Below the pieces are notes generated by a model. That model was not told where the DNA came from, searched no databases, and saw only the letters and a program-made list of their open reading frames with translations. Below are positions 48,658 through 61,500 of a stretch of DNA of 64,000 bases, piece after piece. Source of the stretch: Prorocentrum cordatum (taxonomy: Eukaryota); the NCBI GenBank assembly GCA_963575745.1, contig CAUYUJ010000082.1:1-64000 (forward strand), in the 5' to 3' direction. Positions within the stretch are counted from its first letter, which is position 1; each line of letters starts with the position of its first letter. Position numbers and translations under genes: made by a program.

Positions 48658-49050
48658 TTGAAGGTCCAGCTCCTCGGCCCCAACGCGCGGTCACCCTCGC
48701 GGGGTGCGACCTCTACGCGTGCGCGGACGTCAGTCTCGCGACCTGTGGTCGTGAACTGGTGTCGATGGGCATAGCGCCCCTGGCACCGCCGGGCACCTAC
48801 CTGCGCGTCGCCCCCCGCTCAGGTTTCGCCCTCAAGGGAATCGACGTCGCCGGCGGCGTGGTGGGCCCCGATTTCCGCGGCAAGAGCAAGGCGATCATGT
48901 CCAACGCAAGTCAGCGGACGTACTTGGTCGAGCAGGTCTATCGCATCGCCCGGCTCATCCTTGAGCGCGTCGTCAGCGATGCCGAGATCGTGGTCGCCCC
49001 CGACGCTCCCATCGGCGTCGCGTGGATCTGGAGGCTTCGGACACGCTGGC
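48658..49050 (+). pseudogene. dut: dUTPase remnant, frameshifted
   Basis: LKVQLL..NARSPSRG; PPGTYLRVAPRSGFALKGIDVAGGVVGPDFRG; RIARLIL; RGSGGFG. Confidence 0.88.
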
Positions 49051-50374
49051 ATGACGTTCCTTGGCCAAGATTCCACCGCGAGAGAGCGAGGCAGCACGTC
49101 CACGGAGTCTCTTGGTGACTGTGTCATCGAAGGCTTCAAGGAGCTGCCGCGCTAGGATGCGGCCGGGCCGGCCCGCCTGGCTGGCCCCGCCGATCTGTCC
49201 CGACAGGATTGGGCAGCAGCCTCGGGACGTCCCGCCTGGGTCCTGGAACGAGGCAGGGGCGCGACGCTAGCATTGCAAGATCACGGATCCCACGTCATTC
49301 GCACCAGTGTGCTATCGAGACGTTTTCCGATGGCGCGTTCCCCAGCACCTGCTGCAGCATGCTGTGGATCACGTGCGACGCGAACATGGGGCGAGGTTCA
49401 CCGCATCCTCGATTCCCTTCCTAACTGGTGCGCCCGGGTCATGGACGCCGGCGCCAGGCTAGTGGTCATCGGCCGGCATGGCCAGCAGTGGCGGCGCGCG
49501 GTGCGGAATATGATCGACACCCGTGTGCTCCACTCCCGCGCGCATCGGGCTTGCCGCAAGCCTTTGGCCCCCGAGGCCAAACGTAGCAGCGGCGCATCCA
49601 TAGTGCTGACCGGGGCGCCCATCATCAACCAGCTGTGCAAGTGCGACATCAAGCTAGACGAGCACGTCGACGACGGGGCGACCACCAACCGACGCGTGTA
49701 GTTGGCTCTGATGTGGCGCGAACTCGTGCGACTTGCGACTTGCCTATTGGTCAGCGCATCCTGTTGTGCAAGTGGAGGCGTGTCTAAGAAGGTGCGCTTC
49801 CAACGAAGCACGACGGCAGGTCGCTCACCCGACTCGAACGCCTTCCTGTCCAGCTGGCAGCCGCAAGCACCGCAATCACGACGCCCAGGACCTTGCGCGA
49901 CCTCGCACGCCATTCGACCACAGGTAAAGATAACGAACCACCGCAGAAGGCGCCTGGCGACCGCGTGGTTGGCGCTGATCCGATGGCAGAGCGCACGCGC
50001 CAGAAATCGAGGATAAAAGAGGGCCGCGTGCCCAAAGTACGTGAGCATGTCGTAGAGGACCATTGGGACGACTGCGGCACCGACCTCACAGGTCTAGCCC
50101 CTGTTCTTCTGTGCTTTCAAGCCATTGGCGAGCCGGGTCAAACCGATGAGTGTGACGACGATGACTTCCAGGGCAGCCTCGCCCCAGGCTTGCCCGCCCG
50201 GTGTCTCCGCGGCTCGTCGGCCCTGGCATTCCCGAGGGACCCGTGCCCCTTTAATTTCCCGGACACGTCAGATCGCCGACTGGCGGGTGCCCAAACGGCC
50301 CAGCCAGCCAAGGTCAAGGTCGACGACATCCATTGCCCCCTCACCAACGTTAGTTTTATCGACTACGGCGCTGC

Positions 50375-50970
50375 CATCATGGCGTCGTGCGGTGGGGGGG
50401 CGCGGACCAGCAGACTCGCTGTCCGCCGCCGCCCCAGGGCGGGCGCCAACTTCGATTTATTGATTGATTGCGACCTCGACAACGAGAGCCGGCAGACAGC
50501 CGTGGGGCGATTCCTAAGAGAAAAACGGCCCCTAGTGGCCATCGTGGCCCCCGCTTGCCAGCCCTTCGGTCGTTGGGCTGCGTTTCGCTGCAAAGGTGGC
50601 CGCAGCACCTGGCAGCGCCGCTACGAGGGCGTGGTCCCGCATTGCCGATTCGCGGCTTTGAGCGCAGTTGCAGATCGAGTTGGGCGGCTACTTCATCACC
50701 GAGCAGCCCGCGCCATCGTGGCTGTGCGCCGAGTCGCCCTGGCTAGTGGTGCTTGCAGTGCCGAGTGTGGACATGATCATCTTCGACCGACGTCAGCTTG
50801 GGCTTCGGGATTGCTTCGGAGGCATCTTGAAGAAGACCGCCCGGCTGGTCTCTAAGGCCCTGGAGATCTCTGAGCGCTTCTCCGAATCCGCTGCCCAGGT
50901 AAGCGCGCGCGTCCGCGTCGAGGGCCACGACCGCTTCGACGCCCAGATTTGGCCGTGCAAGATGGCCGGG
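50375..50970 (+). pseudogene. C5 methyltransferase remnant
   Basis: IMASCGG (motif I-like), FDLLIDCDL, VAPACQPF (PC-like), YFITEQP (motif VI-like), KKT, AQIWP; same motif order as the 6530-7285 domain. Confidence 0.65.
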
Positions 50971-51499
50971 CGACGCGTCCAGGGCACAATGGACTTGCGT
51001 CGCCGTTCGCGGCAGCGTCCGATCAGCAGCCTTCCCAGCCGTGGCTGCCGGCGCCGCTGAGGGAGAGTTCAGACGCGAAGTTGCAGTCAAACGCGCGCGC
51101 TACACATGCCAGGCGTGCAAGCGCAACGTACGGACGGACTCGCTCATGCACTCCAGGGATCCAGCAGCGTGCCGCTACCATCACAGCGCGCCGATCCATT
51201 GGGAGTGTCCCAGCTTCCAAGAGGGAAAGGAGCGCGTTCTCCCCGCGCACTTTCACGAGTTTGGCAAGTGCAGGTTCGCGGATCCCTACGTCCGGCCGCG
51301 CCCGAGCGCCGGCCAGCACCCGCGAGCGCCGGCGCGACCTGGAGGACCGCCTTGCCCCAGCGATCCACAGTAACCTCGTCGAGCAGGGTCGTGAGCTGCC
51401 GACGCAGCTGCAGGCGATCCAACGCCCGCAGACTGGACCTCGCGTCGTCGTCGCAACCTCCTTGCGAGCACCTCGCAGTGACTTGTATGAAACACGCCT

Positions 51500-52540
51500 T
51501 CGGGAGCTTCGCAAGCTGCGCTTCCGCTTGTGGCACGTCGCCAGGGAAGAGATGTGCACTGCGAACAGCCAACGTACCACAGGACATCCTCAACTTCATT
51601 CCCACGGTGGTCAACGACTGCAGGGGGCGTCGCGAGTGGCTACCGCCAGCGCGCTAGACCATCCTGCACTCCACCTGCCGACGCGATTCAACCAGCACGT
51701 CGAGTGCGACATCCTGTTCTACAAGGGTCTCATAATTATCCACCTGATCTGTTGCACCTCGCGGTGGCATAGTGGCCAGGAGGTCACGTCCGAGCACGAC
51801 TCGACGCTGCTTGCCGCCATCGACCGCTCATGAATCCAGCCGTTCGGCTCGATGGAGACTCTGATCGTGGGCGGCGATGGTGGGATGACCTCGACGTCCT
51901 TCGGGGAGGAGATGGAGAGGAGTGGAGTGCAGGTTGACATGCCTGCTCCGCGCCATCACGCTCGTTTCGTCGAGCGGCGTGTGGCCATGTTGAAACAATC
52001 TCTTCGCGCCACGGAAGAGCAGCTGGTGCGCGAAGGCATCGCAGTGAACCTCGACTAATTGCTAGCACGTGCCGTTATTGCTGGCAAGAGCCTCGCGCAC
52101 GTGGGCGGCGTCGCGCCATGCAACATCGTCTTCGGACGGCAGCCGTCCATGCTGCCACCGCTCGGAGCAGACGAACAGGGCGAGGCATCCGGCGACTGTG
52201 TCGCTGGTGCCGAGCCTCCTGCTGGTGGGGAAGTGCATCCCAGCCGACTGCAGTGGCGCATCCGAGAGAGCCCTGCAACGAATAACGGAGGCCACGCCAA
52301 GAGCGCGCGTCGACCGCGCCCTCGGGGCCTGAATTGCCTAGTCCGGGGAGGGCCGCTTCAACGTGGGCGACCAGGTGGAGATCCACTGGCTGCCAAGCAC
52401 CAAGGATGCATCAGGCTGGGCGGGCCCTGCGATAGTTATGTCTATAGGCTCGGCTCGAGGCGAGGTGGTGGTTAAGTGCCGCCGAGCCGAGATGGTCTGC
52501 AGACTGCAAGACGTCCGGGCCTTCGTCGGTGCCGTCTTCG
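51500..52540 (+). pseudogene. Integrase remnant
   Basis: LWH...VNDC; PTRFNQHVECDILF; ICCTSRW; QPFGSMETLIVG; FVERRVAML; PCNIVFGRQP. Confidence 0.7.
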
Positions 52541-53579
52541 ACGAGATGGGCGCTGGTATGGCGCGAGCAGGCTTGGCTTGGGACCGCGTTGAGGATTACC
52601 TGGAGCACATGGCGCCAGGCTCTGGGGCCAGGACCTTCGGCCATGGGGGGGCGCCGCGGGTGAGCGGGCACGACGGCGCCCATGCGTCCTCGAAGCCCTG
52701 CGCCATTTGCCCCGCAGGTGCTTTCCACTACCTGACGTTCGCGCTGTGCGAGTCCTGCGCGGGCAGGAATATGTGGGTAACTGGCTGGGATGCGCCCGCA
52801 GCCTGGCCATCTGGCGGTTCCCATCGGGGCCCTGCCGACGTCTGGCATATTCACTTCAACGGCTTCGCGTTCGACGCCCGCCGGCCCCCAGGCGAGCAGG
52901 GGAGCTCGCGCCATCTAGTTTATCTTGGGCGATGAGGCGCCAGCCGTGACAGACGCTGGACAGGACCTGGACAGAACTCTCGATGACAGTGTCATCGACG
53001 TTCCCGAGGACACCGCCAGCGCCACCGAAGGTGGATCGCCATCAGCCCTGTCGGCCAGGCCGGAGGAAACCGGCAGCGACGTCTCCAGCCACGTCCAGCA
53101 GGTGATGCCGGCAATTGGGCGTGAAGTCGGTTCGGCAGAAGATTTGGCCCAGGAGCTGGAGGAGCTGGGGGGCGCCGACAGCCGCATCATATATCCGCTG
53201 CCGTCGAGCACGCCGCGGCCGACCTAGGTCGAGGGCCGCGCGAGTGGCCCTGGCACCTCGAGTCGGAGCACCGTCGTCAGAGCATCCACGCGCAATGCCA
53301 CTACTATTGGCGCAGGGCCTCCGTGGGCGACTACGCCGCGCCAGAGGGGGGGGGGCGATTTAGGTGGACGCGTGGCGTTGCATATTGGTCCCGGGGTGTG
53401 CGAAGCATTCCCGAGCTTCCACGAGGCTGCGTCCCGCGACTGCGTCGTCGGCGCTCCTCAGACAGCCGTGCTTGACATGTCTGCCGCCGTCGAGGCCGCG
53501 GTCATCGAGCGCGACGCCGACCTTCTGTCCCACGAGGAGGTGTCGAGGCTGTCGAAGGAGGTCGTAGCGGCCGCCCTCG

Positions 53580-55050
53580 ACGAGCGCACCATTTGGGTCA
53601 TGTGCAAGCTTGCGAGAGGCGGCCGTCCGAAGGCGCTCGACATGTAATGGGCTCCAGACATGTCTCCGAGTGGAAGCGCCGGAAAGGGTCAGACGGCGAG
53701 ACTGTCAGGGTCACCCAGCGCCGCGTGGCGCTGAGCGGCTTCCGCGACGTGGGCGCCGGAGCCCTGGAGACGTTCGCTGGTACAGCGAAGCAGGCGTCTC
53801 AGCGCCTACTATCCTCAGAGGCGGCGCGTGGCCCCGACAGGGTGTGCGTCGCCATTGACGCCGAGAAGGCGTTCCCGCGAGGCATGACCTATACGGAAAT
53901 GCAAGGGCAAGGCGAAGCACCTCGAGGGGTGAACTTCGCCCTGCCACCTGGCAGTGCAGCATCTTCAGGCAGGTGCTCGGCTTCGAGAGCTTCGACGAGC
54001 GGACCGAGTGCCTGCGCTGCATCAAGCCGGGTACGCACTGCAAGGATGTGCCCCGAGCCTTATCCATGAAGCTCGCCTGGGTCACGCGCTCGCCCGAGTG
54101 CAGCGCCGAATCTACCAGGTGGGGCAAGCGCGTGACGTCCGGCAGATGTGCCGCCAGCGTCTTGGAGCTAGCGTTTGCCTTGTCCAGCCGTTTTGACGAT
54201 CTGAAGATCGCTGGGCACGAGGAGCACGTCGACCGGCGGATCATCCACATCGATGGCGTCTTTGGCAATATGAAGGGTGGCTGCGACGATTTCACCAATT
54301 GCGGAGTGCGCCAGCACCGCAGTGCCGATGGCACCGTGATCTTCGACCAGGACGAGTACATCGACGCTCTGGTACTGATCAGACACGTCGACCTGGTCAA
54401 CGCCAGGGCTGACGAGCCAGCCAGAGGTCAGCCCGCCGCCCTCTGTGTCTCCCTCCTGGGAGCAGCGGCTCACGCTCTGGTCGCCCAGCACCATTTTGCA
54501 GCGTGCATCGTCGCGCCGAGAATATGCTGCTCACCCAGCGCGTGATGCAGCTCAACTCCGTTGTTCTGGCCATGCAGCAGGTCATGGCACGCATTGCGTT
54601 TCCATCACTGGAGTGTGCTGGGCGACTCGTCGCGCGCAGCGACGGGTCCTGCAGGGGGGGGGAAGAGACGGGATGCGGCACGAGAGGGGCCGTGTGCATT
54701 CGTCTCGGGAAGTGCCGCCGCGCCGGCACACGAGTGCGCCGCCTGCTGGGCGTTGTGAGCCGATCGCGCAAGCTTGTGTGCATGGCCTCATTCTGCTCTG
54801 AGCTGCTCGCAGCGCGCGGCGTGGCAGACGGTCTGCAGGCGCGCCTCCTCGCGGTGTGCGAGATGGTGCACGGCCCCGCCCCTGCCCGGGGGGAGGGGGT
54901 TGCGCGATCCCTGCGTGCCTCGTCATAGACGGCGCGCTTGTATTCGGCGCCCTGCCCATGGGCCCGGTCGGGCCGCCGTCCGAGGACAGCGCGGCTAGCC
55001 GCCCGTGGTGGTTGGCCGACCAGCTGCGCACCCAGCGGATCGACGACTTG
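53580..55050 (+). pseudogene. Copia-type RT and RNase H remnant
   Basis: SRHVSEWK, RVALSGFRD, AIDAEKAF, CIKPGTHCKDVPRA, DDLKIAG, FTNCG, DQDEYID; SDGS, SRK.V..SF.SELLA, VID. Confidence 0.75.
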
Positions 55051-55714
55051 CACTAATGTGAACTCGGGACACGCGGGGCGACCCCATGACCGAGGGCAGC
55101 ATGGGCCGAGAGCTCATTTTCAGCGTGATGGGCGGCAAGAGCAGCTATGACCACGCCGCGGTCAAGTTCAGCGACGAGAAGCTGAGGAAGGCCGCCCCGG
55201 GCTCGCAGCATAGCTCATCCACGCAGAAGTCAGGAGATGACTTTCTTGACTGTGTCGCGAGGTCACGCGGAGTCGGAAAGCGGGAATAGATTTAAGCGCC
55301 GCGTTGGCCTATGGGGGGTGGGATGCGCGCTTTATTTCCAAGCGCCGCATCGGCCCGCTGTGGGTGGGATGCGCCGACGCCCGCGGAGATCAACGGACGA
55401 AATCGACGAGTTGAGCGCTCAGTTGGGCAGGCTTGCGCGAACCGTGTCTGGGCAGCTCGCAGATCTTAGCTGCGCTCCTCTAAATCGTCTCGCACTTGAC
55501 TGCGCAGGAGAATTGGCTGGCATGCTTTGGCTGATCTTAGAGGCTCCACTGGGATTGGACTCCAGCCCTGCCACGTGTGCCGTGCAAGTTTTTTGCGGTT
55601 GGCGTCGTGGGGGCCAATGTGCCTTGGGCTGCTGCGGGGGCTGCTGCGGAGTCCGGTGACCTTGAGGCCCGCCGAAACCAGCTCAACGTGTTCCCCCGCG
55701 AGGCCTTTGTTTAA

Positions 55715-55850
55715 CAGTATATATATACACAGATGCATATCATCACAAACCTACATGTGTCTGTATATGTATTTGTATATATGTATATGTATATTTATAT
55801 ATTTGTATAGGTATATGTATATGTATATGTATATGTATCTATATATCCAG
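55715..55850. repeat. (TATATG)n microsatellite
   Basis: Direct reading. Confidence 0.85.
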
Positions 55851-55989
55851 AATTACTGATAAAACGGAAGTGGTGGTTATTCGAGTCTTCCTGTTGTGCT
55901 GTCTTTTTGAAGGCACGACGGACTCGTTTGAGCACTTGACTCGAGCGGTAGGTCTGTTCTCTTTACTACTGCCATGCCTGTTTCTTCTT

Positions 55990-57390
55990 AGTTCCCTACC
56001 TAGGCTCTGCCTAGAAGGGTTCTTTCTCTCTTTGCTTAAAGGGCCCGGGCAGTGTTGACCGCCCCGGGCGGTTCCCCCAGGATCCGCCCCGCGGTTCCCC
56101 CAGTCCCCTGGGAGCTTTAGCTTTAGTTTTAGCTTTAGCTTTAGCTTTAGCTTCAGCTTAGCTTTAGCTTAGCTTTAGCTTAGCTTTAGCTTAGCTTGAG
56201 CTCAGCTTAAGCCTGGCTTTAGCTCAGCTTTAGCTTAGCTTTAGTTAGCTCAGCTTTAGCTTAGCTTTAGCTGAGCTTTAGCTTAGCTTTAGCTTAGCTT
56301 TAGCCTAGCTTCACCTTAATTCCCTACCCAGGCTCTGCCTAGAAGGGTTCTTACTTTCTTAGCTTAAAGGGGCCGGGCAGTGGAAATCGCCCCGGGCGGG
56401 TCCCCCAGTCCCCTGGGAGCGGTTCCCCCCAGTCCCCTGGGAGCTTTAGCTTTAGCTTTAGCTTTAGCTTTAGCTTAGCTTCAGCTTAGCTTTAGCATAG
56501 CTGTAGCTTAGCTTTCGCTTAGCGTTTCGCTTAGCGTTCTGCTTAGCTTTTCGCTTAGCTTAGCTTTAGCTTAGCTTTAGCTTAGCTTGAGCTTAGCTGT
56601 AGTTCAGCTTTAGCTTAGCTTTAGCTTAGCTGTAGCTTGGCTTTAGCTGAGCTTTAGCTTAGCTTTAGCTTAGCTGTATCTTAGCTTTAGCTTAGCTGTT
56701 GCTCAGCTTCAGCTTAGCTTTAGCTTAGCTTTAGCTTAGCCTTAGCTTAGCTTTAGCTCAGCTTTAGCTTAGCTTTACCTTAGCTTTAGCTAAGCTTTAG
56801 CTTAGCTGTAGCTTAGCTTTAGCTTAGCTTTAGCTTAGCTTTAGCTTAGCGTTACTGTTACTACTAATGCTGCTTTCCTAGGGGTTCCAACTCCTAGGAA
56901 GGGCCGCACTGGGATAATTTTACTTCAGCTTTAGCTTATCTTTAGCTTTAGCTTAGCTTTACCGTAGCTATAGCTTAGCTTTAGCTTAGCTTCAGCTTAT
57001 TTTTAACTTAGCTTGAGCTTAGCTTTAGCTTAGCTGTATCTTAGCTTCAGCTTAGCTTTAACTTAGCTGTAGCTTAACTTTAGCTTAGCTCTAGCTTAGC
57101 TTTTTCTTAACTTTAGCTTAGCTTTAGGCTAGCTTTAGCTTAGTTTTAGCTTAGCTTTCGCTTAGCTCTAGCTCAGCTTTAGCTTAGCTTTAGCTTAACT
57201 TCAGCTTAGCTTTACTGTTGCTACTAATGCTGCTTTCCTAGGGGCTCCAACTCCTAGGTAGGGTCGCACTGGGATAATTTGTTTGTTGTTCCCTACCTAG
57301 GCTTTGCCTAGAAGGGTTCTTGCTCGCTTGGCTTAAAGGGGCCGGGCAGTGCAAACCGCCCCGGGCGGTTCCCCCAGTCCCCTGGGAGCC
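55990..57390. repeat. (TTAGC/TTTAGC)n arrays punctuated by two recurrent modules
   Basis: Module X (ttccctacc.aggct.tgcctagaagggttct...cccccagtcccctgggagc) at ~55992, 56320, 57289; module Y (ctactaatgctgctttcctagg...cctagg..ggg.cgcactgggataattt) at ~56861, 57221 and diverged at ~61543. Confidence 0.9.
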
Positions 57391-57420
57391 AAGCAAAAGC
57401 AACAGCAAAGGTAAAAGCAA

Positions 57421-57470
57421 ACGCGCGGTTCCCCCAGTTGCGCTCTTGCGCAACTGGGGGAACCGCGCGT
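57421..57470. repeat. Perfect 23-bp stem, 4-nt loop palindrome
   Basis: acgcgcggttcccccagttgcgc-tctt-gcgcaactgggggaaccgcgcgt. Confidence 0.95.
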
Positions 57471-57614
57471 ACAGTTTCGTAGGAACGTTCGGTGCAGCAA
57501 GTGTTGCACAACTTTGCTCAATGCCAAGTCGTGCGGTGTAGGCCGGATCCAGGGCATTTTCAAGCACGCCCGGTGAGCGGGTGCAAAAACATGCGCGCGT
57601 GTGTGTGTCTGTGC

Positions 57615-58180
57615 GCAGGCAAAGCAAAAGCAACTCCAAACAAAATCAACAACAAAAACAAACAAACAACAACAGCGAAAACAAAAGCAAAAGCACAGGC
57701 AAAGGCTAAAGCAAAGGCAGGAGCAAAAGCAAAGGCAATGCAAAGCAAGAGTAAAACCAATGCGAAAGTGTATATGTAGGTGTAGATGTAGGTGTAGGTG
57801 TAGATGTGGATGTAGGTGTAGATGTAGATGTAGATGTAGGTGTAGATGTATGTGTAGATGTAGATGTGAGTCTCGCTGTTGATTTAGATGTTTATGCAGG
57901 TGTACATGTATATGTAGCTGTAGGTGTAGATGTAGATGTAGATCCAGATGTAGATGTAGGTGTCGATGTATACGTAGGTGTATATATAGCTGTAGATGTA
58001 AAGAACTCCCCAGTGCCCCGCTCTCATCTCCGTGCCTGTTTGCTTTTGCTGCTGTCTCGGCGGCTTGCTGCCTGCTTCTGCTGCTGCTTCACTTACGGCG
58101 TGGCGTCGGCGGTTCTGGCGCTACAACAACTACTACTACTACTACTACTACTACTATTACTATTACTGCTACTACTACTG

Positions 58181-58214
<34 letters not shown>

Positions 58215-58330
58215 CACTACTACCACTACTACCACTGCCACTACTACCTACTACTACTACTACTACCTACTACTACCACTACCTACTACTACACTACTAC
58301 TACTACTACTACTACTACCTATACCACTTA
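57615..58330. repeat. Successive (GCAAAA)n, (TGTAGA)n and (CTA)n microsatellites
   Basis: Direct reading. Confidence 0.9.
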
Positions 58331-58349
58331 CTTCCTTACTTAGAATATA

Positions 58350-60168
58350 CTCCTACTCCCCCCTCAGGCCGGCCATTAGGGGCCGCATCCGGGGGGTCCC
58401 ATCCTAACTTGTAACAAACAATATAAAATCAACAATTTTCTTATTTTTTCCTCTCGACATGGACGTCCTGTCGTCCACGGCGATAATCCATTGCAAAAAA
58501 TACCACAAAGAGCACGCGCGCGCGTTCATGTCAGAATCCTACCGAACACCGTGTGTTTGCAAGCATTCAACATAAAAACATCAAAAACCCAATGCTTTTT
58601 CCACAAAAATTGTACAAATTTCCCGCCCGGGCTCTCTTGCTGAAATCATAGGAAAACCATAGGAATCTTAAGAGTTCTGTCAAATCCAGCGATTTCACGT
58701 CATCGCGCGGTGCACTCGCGATGCTCTGTCATGCACCCAGGCCGCGAATCCTGTGCAAAAAATACCACAAAGAGCACACTCGCGCGTTCATGTCAGAATC
58801 CTACCGAACACCGTGTGTTTGCAAGCATTTCAACATAAAAACATCAAAAACCCAATGCTTTTTCACAAAAATGCTTTGGGGTGTCCTGTCAGACCGTCGG
58901 GCTTCCTCCGGCCACCTCTGGCTTCCTGCGGTGTACCAGGCCATTCTCGACTCGTCTGGCAATGCGTGCGCGGCATTCATCACGCGCTCGCCAGTTCCCG
59001 TCGGCAACCGCCATCGCGGCCGCATCAGCTGTACCAAACCGGCTGGCCGGTGTGACTTCGGCCCCCAGTTGTGCCAGCTTTGCTTCTTATGTTGTGGGAG
59101 GGCGGGTGGGACTGGGCATGCCATGCTTGACTCGCTCGAGCTGGCTAGCTTGACTCCTACTCCTACTCCTACTCCTACTCCTACTCCTCCTACTCTACTC
59201 CTACTCCTACTCCTACTCCTACTCCTATTCCTATTTCTATCCTTATTCCTTATTAGAATATACTCCTACTCCCCCCTCAGGCCGGCCATTAGGGGCCGCA
59301 TCCGGGTGGTCCCATCCTAACCTGTAAAAAACAATACAAAATCAACATTTTTCTTATTTTTCCCTCTCGACATGGACGTCCTGTCGTCCACGGCGATAAT
59401 CCATTGCAAAAAATACCACAAAGAGCACACGCGCGCGTTCATGTCAGAATCCTACCGAACACCGTGTGTTTGCAAGCATTTCAACATAAAAACATCAAAA
59501 ACCCAATGCTTTTTCACAAAAATTGTACAAATTTCCCGCCCGGGCTCTCTTGCTGAAATCATAGGAAAACCATAGGAATCTTAAGAATTCGGTCAAATCC
59601 AGCGATTTCACGTCATCGCGCGGTGCACTCGCGATGCTCTGTCATGCACCCAGGCCGCGAATCCTGTGCAAAAAATACCACAAAGAGCACACTCGCGCGT
59701 TCATGTCAGAATCCTACCGAACACCGTGTGTTTGCAAGCATTTCAACATAAAAACATCAAAAACCCAATGCTTTTTCACAAAAATGCTTTGGGGTGTCCT
59801 GTCAGACCGTCGGGCTTCCTCCGGCCACCTCTGGCTTCCTGCGGTGTACCGGGCCATTCTCGACTCGTCTGGCAATGCGTGCGCGGCATTCAACACGCGC
59901 TCGCCAGTTCCCGTCGGCAACCGCCATCGCGGCCGCATCAGCTGTACCAAACCGGCTGGCCGGTGTGACTTCGGCCCCCAGTTGTGCCAGCTTTGCTTCT
60001 TTTGTTGTGGGAGGGCGGGTGGGACTGGGCATGCCATGCTTGACTCGCTCGAGCTGGCTAGCTTGACTACTCCTACTCCTACTCCTACTCCTCTTCCTCC
60101 TACTACTACTACTACGACGACTACTACTACTACTACTGCTACTACTACTACTACTACTCCTACTACTA

Positions 60169-60257
<89 letters not shown>

Positions 60258-61054
60258 CCCCCTCAGGCCGGCCATTAGGGGCCGCATCCGGGTGGTCCCA
60301 TCCTAACCTGTAAAAAACAATGCAAAATCAACATTTTTCTTATTTTTCCCTCTCGACATGGACGTCCTGTCGTCCACGGCGATAATCCATTGCAAAAAAT
60401 ACCACAAAGAGCACACGCGCGCGTTCATGTCAGAATCCTACCGAACACCGTGTGTTTGCAAGCATTTCAACATAAAAACATCAAAAACCCAATGCTTTTT
60501 CACAAAAATTGTACAAATTTCCCGCCCGGGCTCTCTTGCTGAAATCATAGGAAAACCATAGGAATCTTAAGAATTCGGTCAAATCCAGCGATTTCGCGTC
60601 ATCGCGCGGTGCACTCGCGATGCTCTGTCATGGACCCAGGCCGCGAATCCTGTGCAAAAAATGCCACAAAGAGCACACTCGCGCGTTCATGTCAGAATCC
60701 TACCGAACACCGTGTGTTTGCAAGCATTTCAACATAAAAACATCAAAAACCCAATGCTTTTTCACAAAAATGCTTTGGGGTGTCCTGTCAGACCGTCGGG
60801 CTTCCTCCGGCCACCTCTGGCTTCCTGCGGTGTACCGGGCCATTCTCGACTCGTCTGGCAATGCGTGCGCGGCATTCAACACGCGCTCGCCAGTTCCCGT
60901 CGGCAACCGCCATCGCGGCCGCATCAGCTGTACCAAACCGGCTGGCCGGTGTGACTTCGGCCCCCAGTTGTGCCAGCTTTGCTTCTTATGTTGTGGGAGG
61001 GCGGGTGGGACTGGGCATGCCATGCTTGACTCGCTCGAGCTGGCTAGCTTGACT

Positions 61055-61055
<1 letters not shown>
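58350..61055. repeat. Three near-identical ~800-bp units in tandem, separated by variable (ACTCCT)n/(ACT)n tracts
   Basis: tcaggccggcc at 58364, 59277 and 60263 (periods 913 and 986); each unit has an internal ~120-bp duplication and ends gagctggctagcttgact. Confidence 0.97.

Positions 61056-61500
<445 letters not shown>

Larger units (their letters stand above)
44700..55290 (+). mobile_element. Decayed Copia-order LTR-type retrotransposon: gag, zinc knuckle, RING, protease, dUTPase, DNMT remnant, integrase, RT, RNase H; LTRs not found
   Basis: Colinear motif remnants over many frameshifts, with integrase upstream of RT; outer boundaries approximate. Confidence 0.8.

Noticed and set aside
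44530..55700. LTR pair, PBS and PPT for the Copia-order element
   Set aside because: No convincing long direct repeat found at the two ends; only a short gggtgggat match
56115..57235. True or interstitial telomere
   Set aside because: Motif lacks the G-run, is internal, and is interrupted by modules
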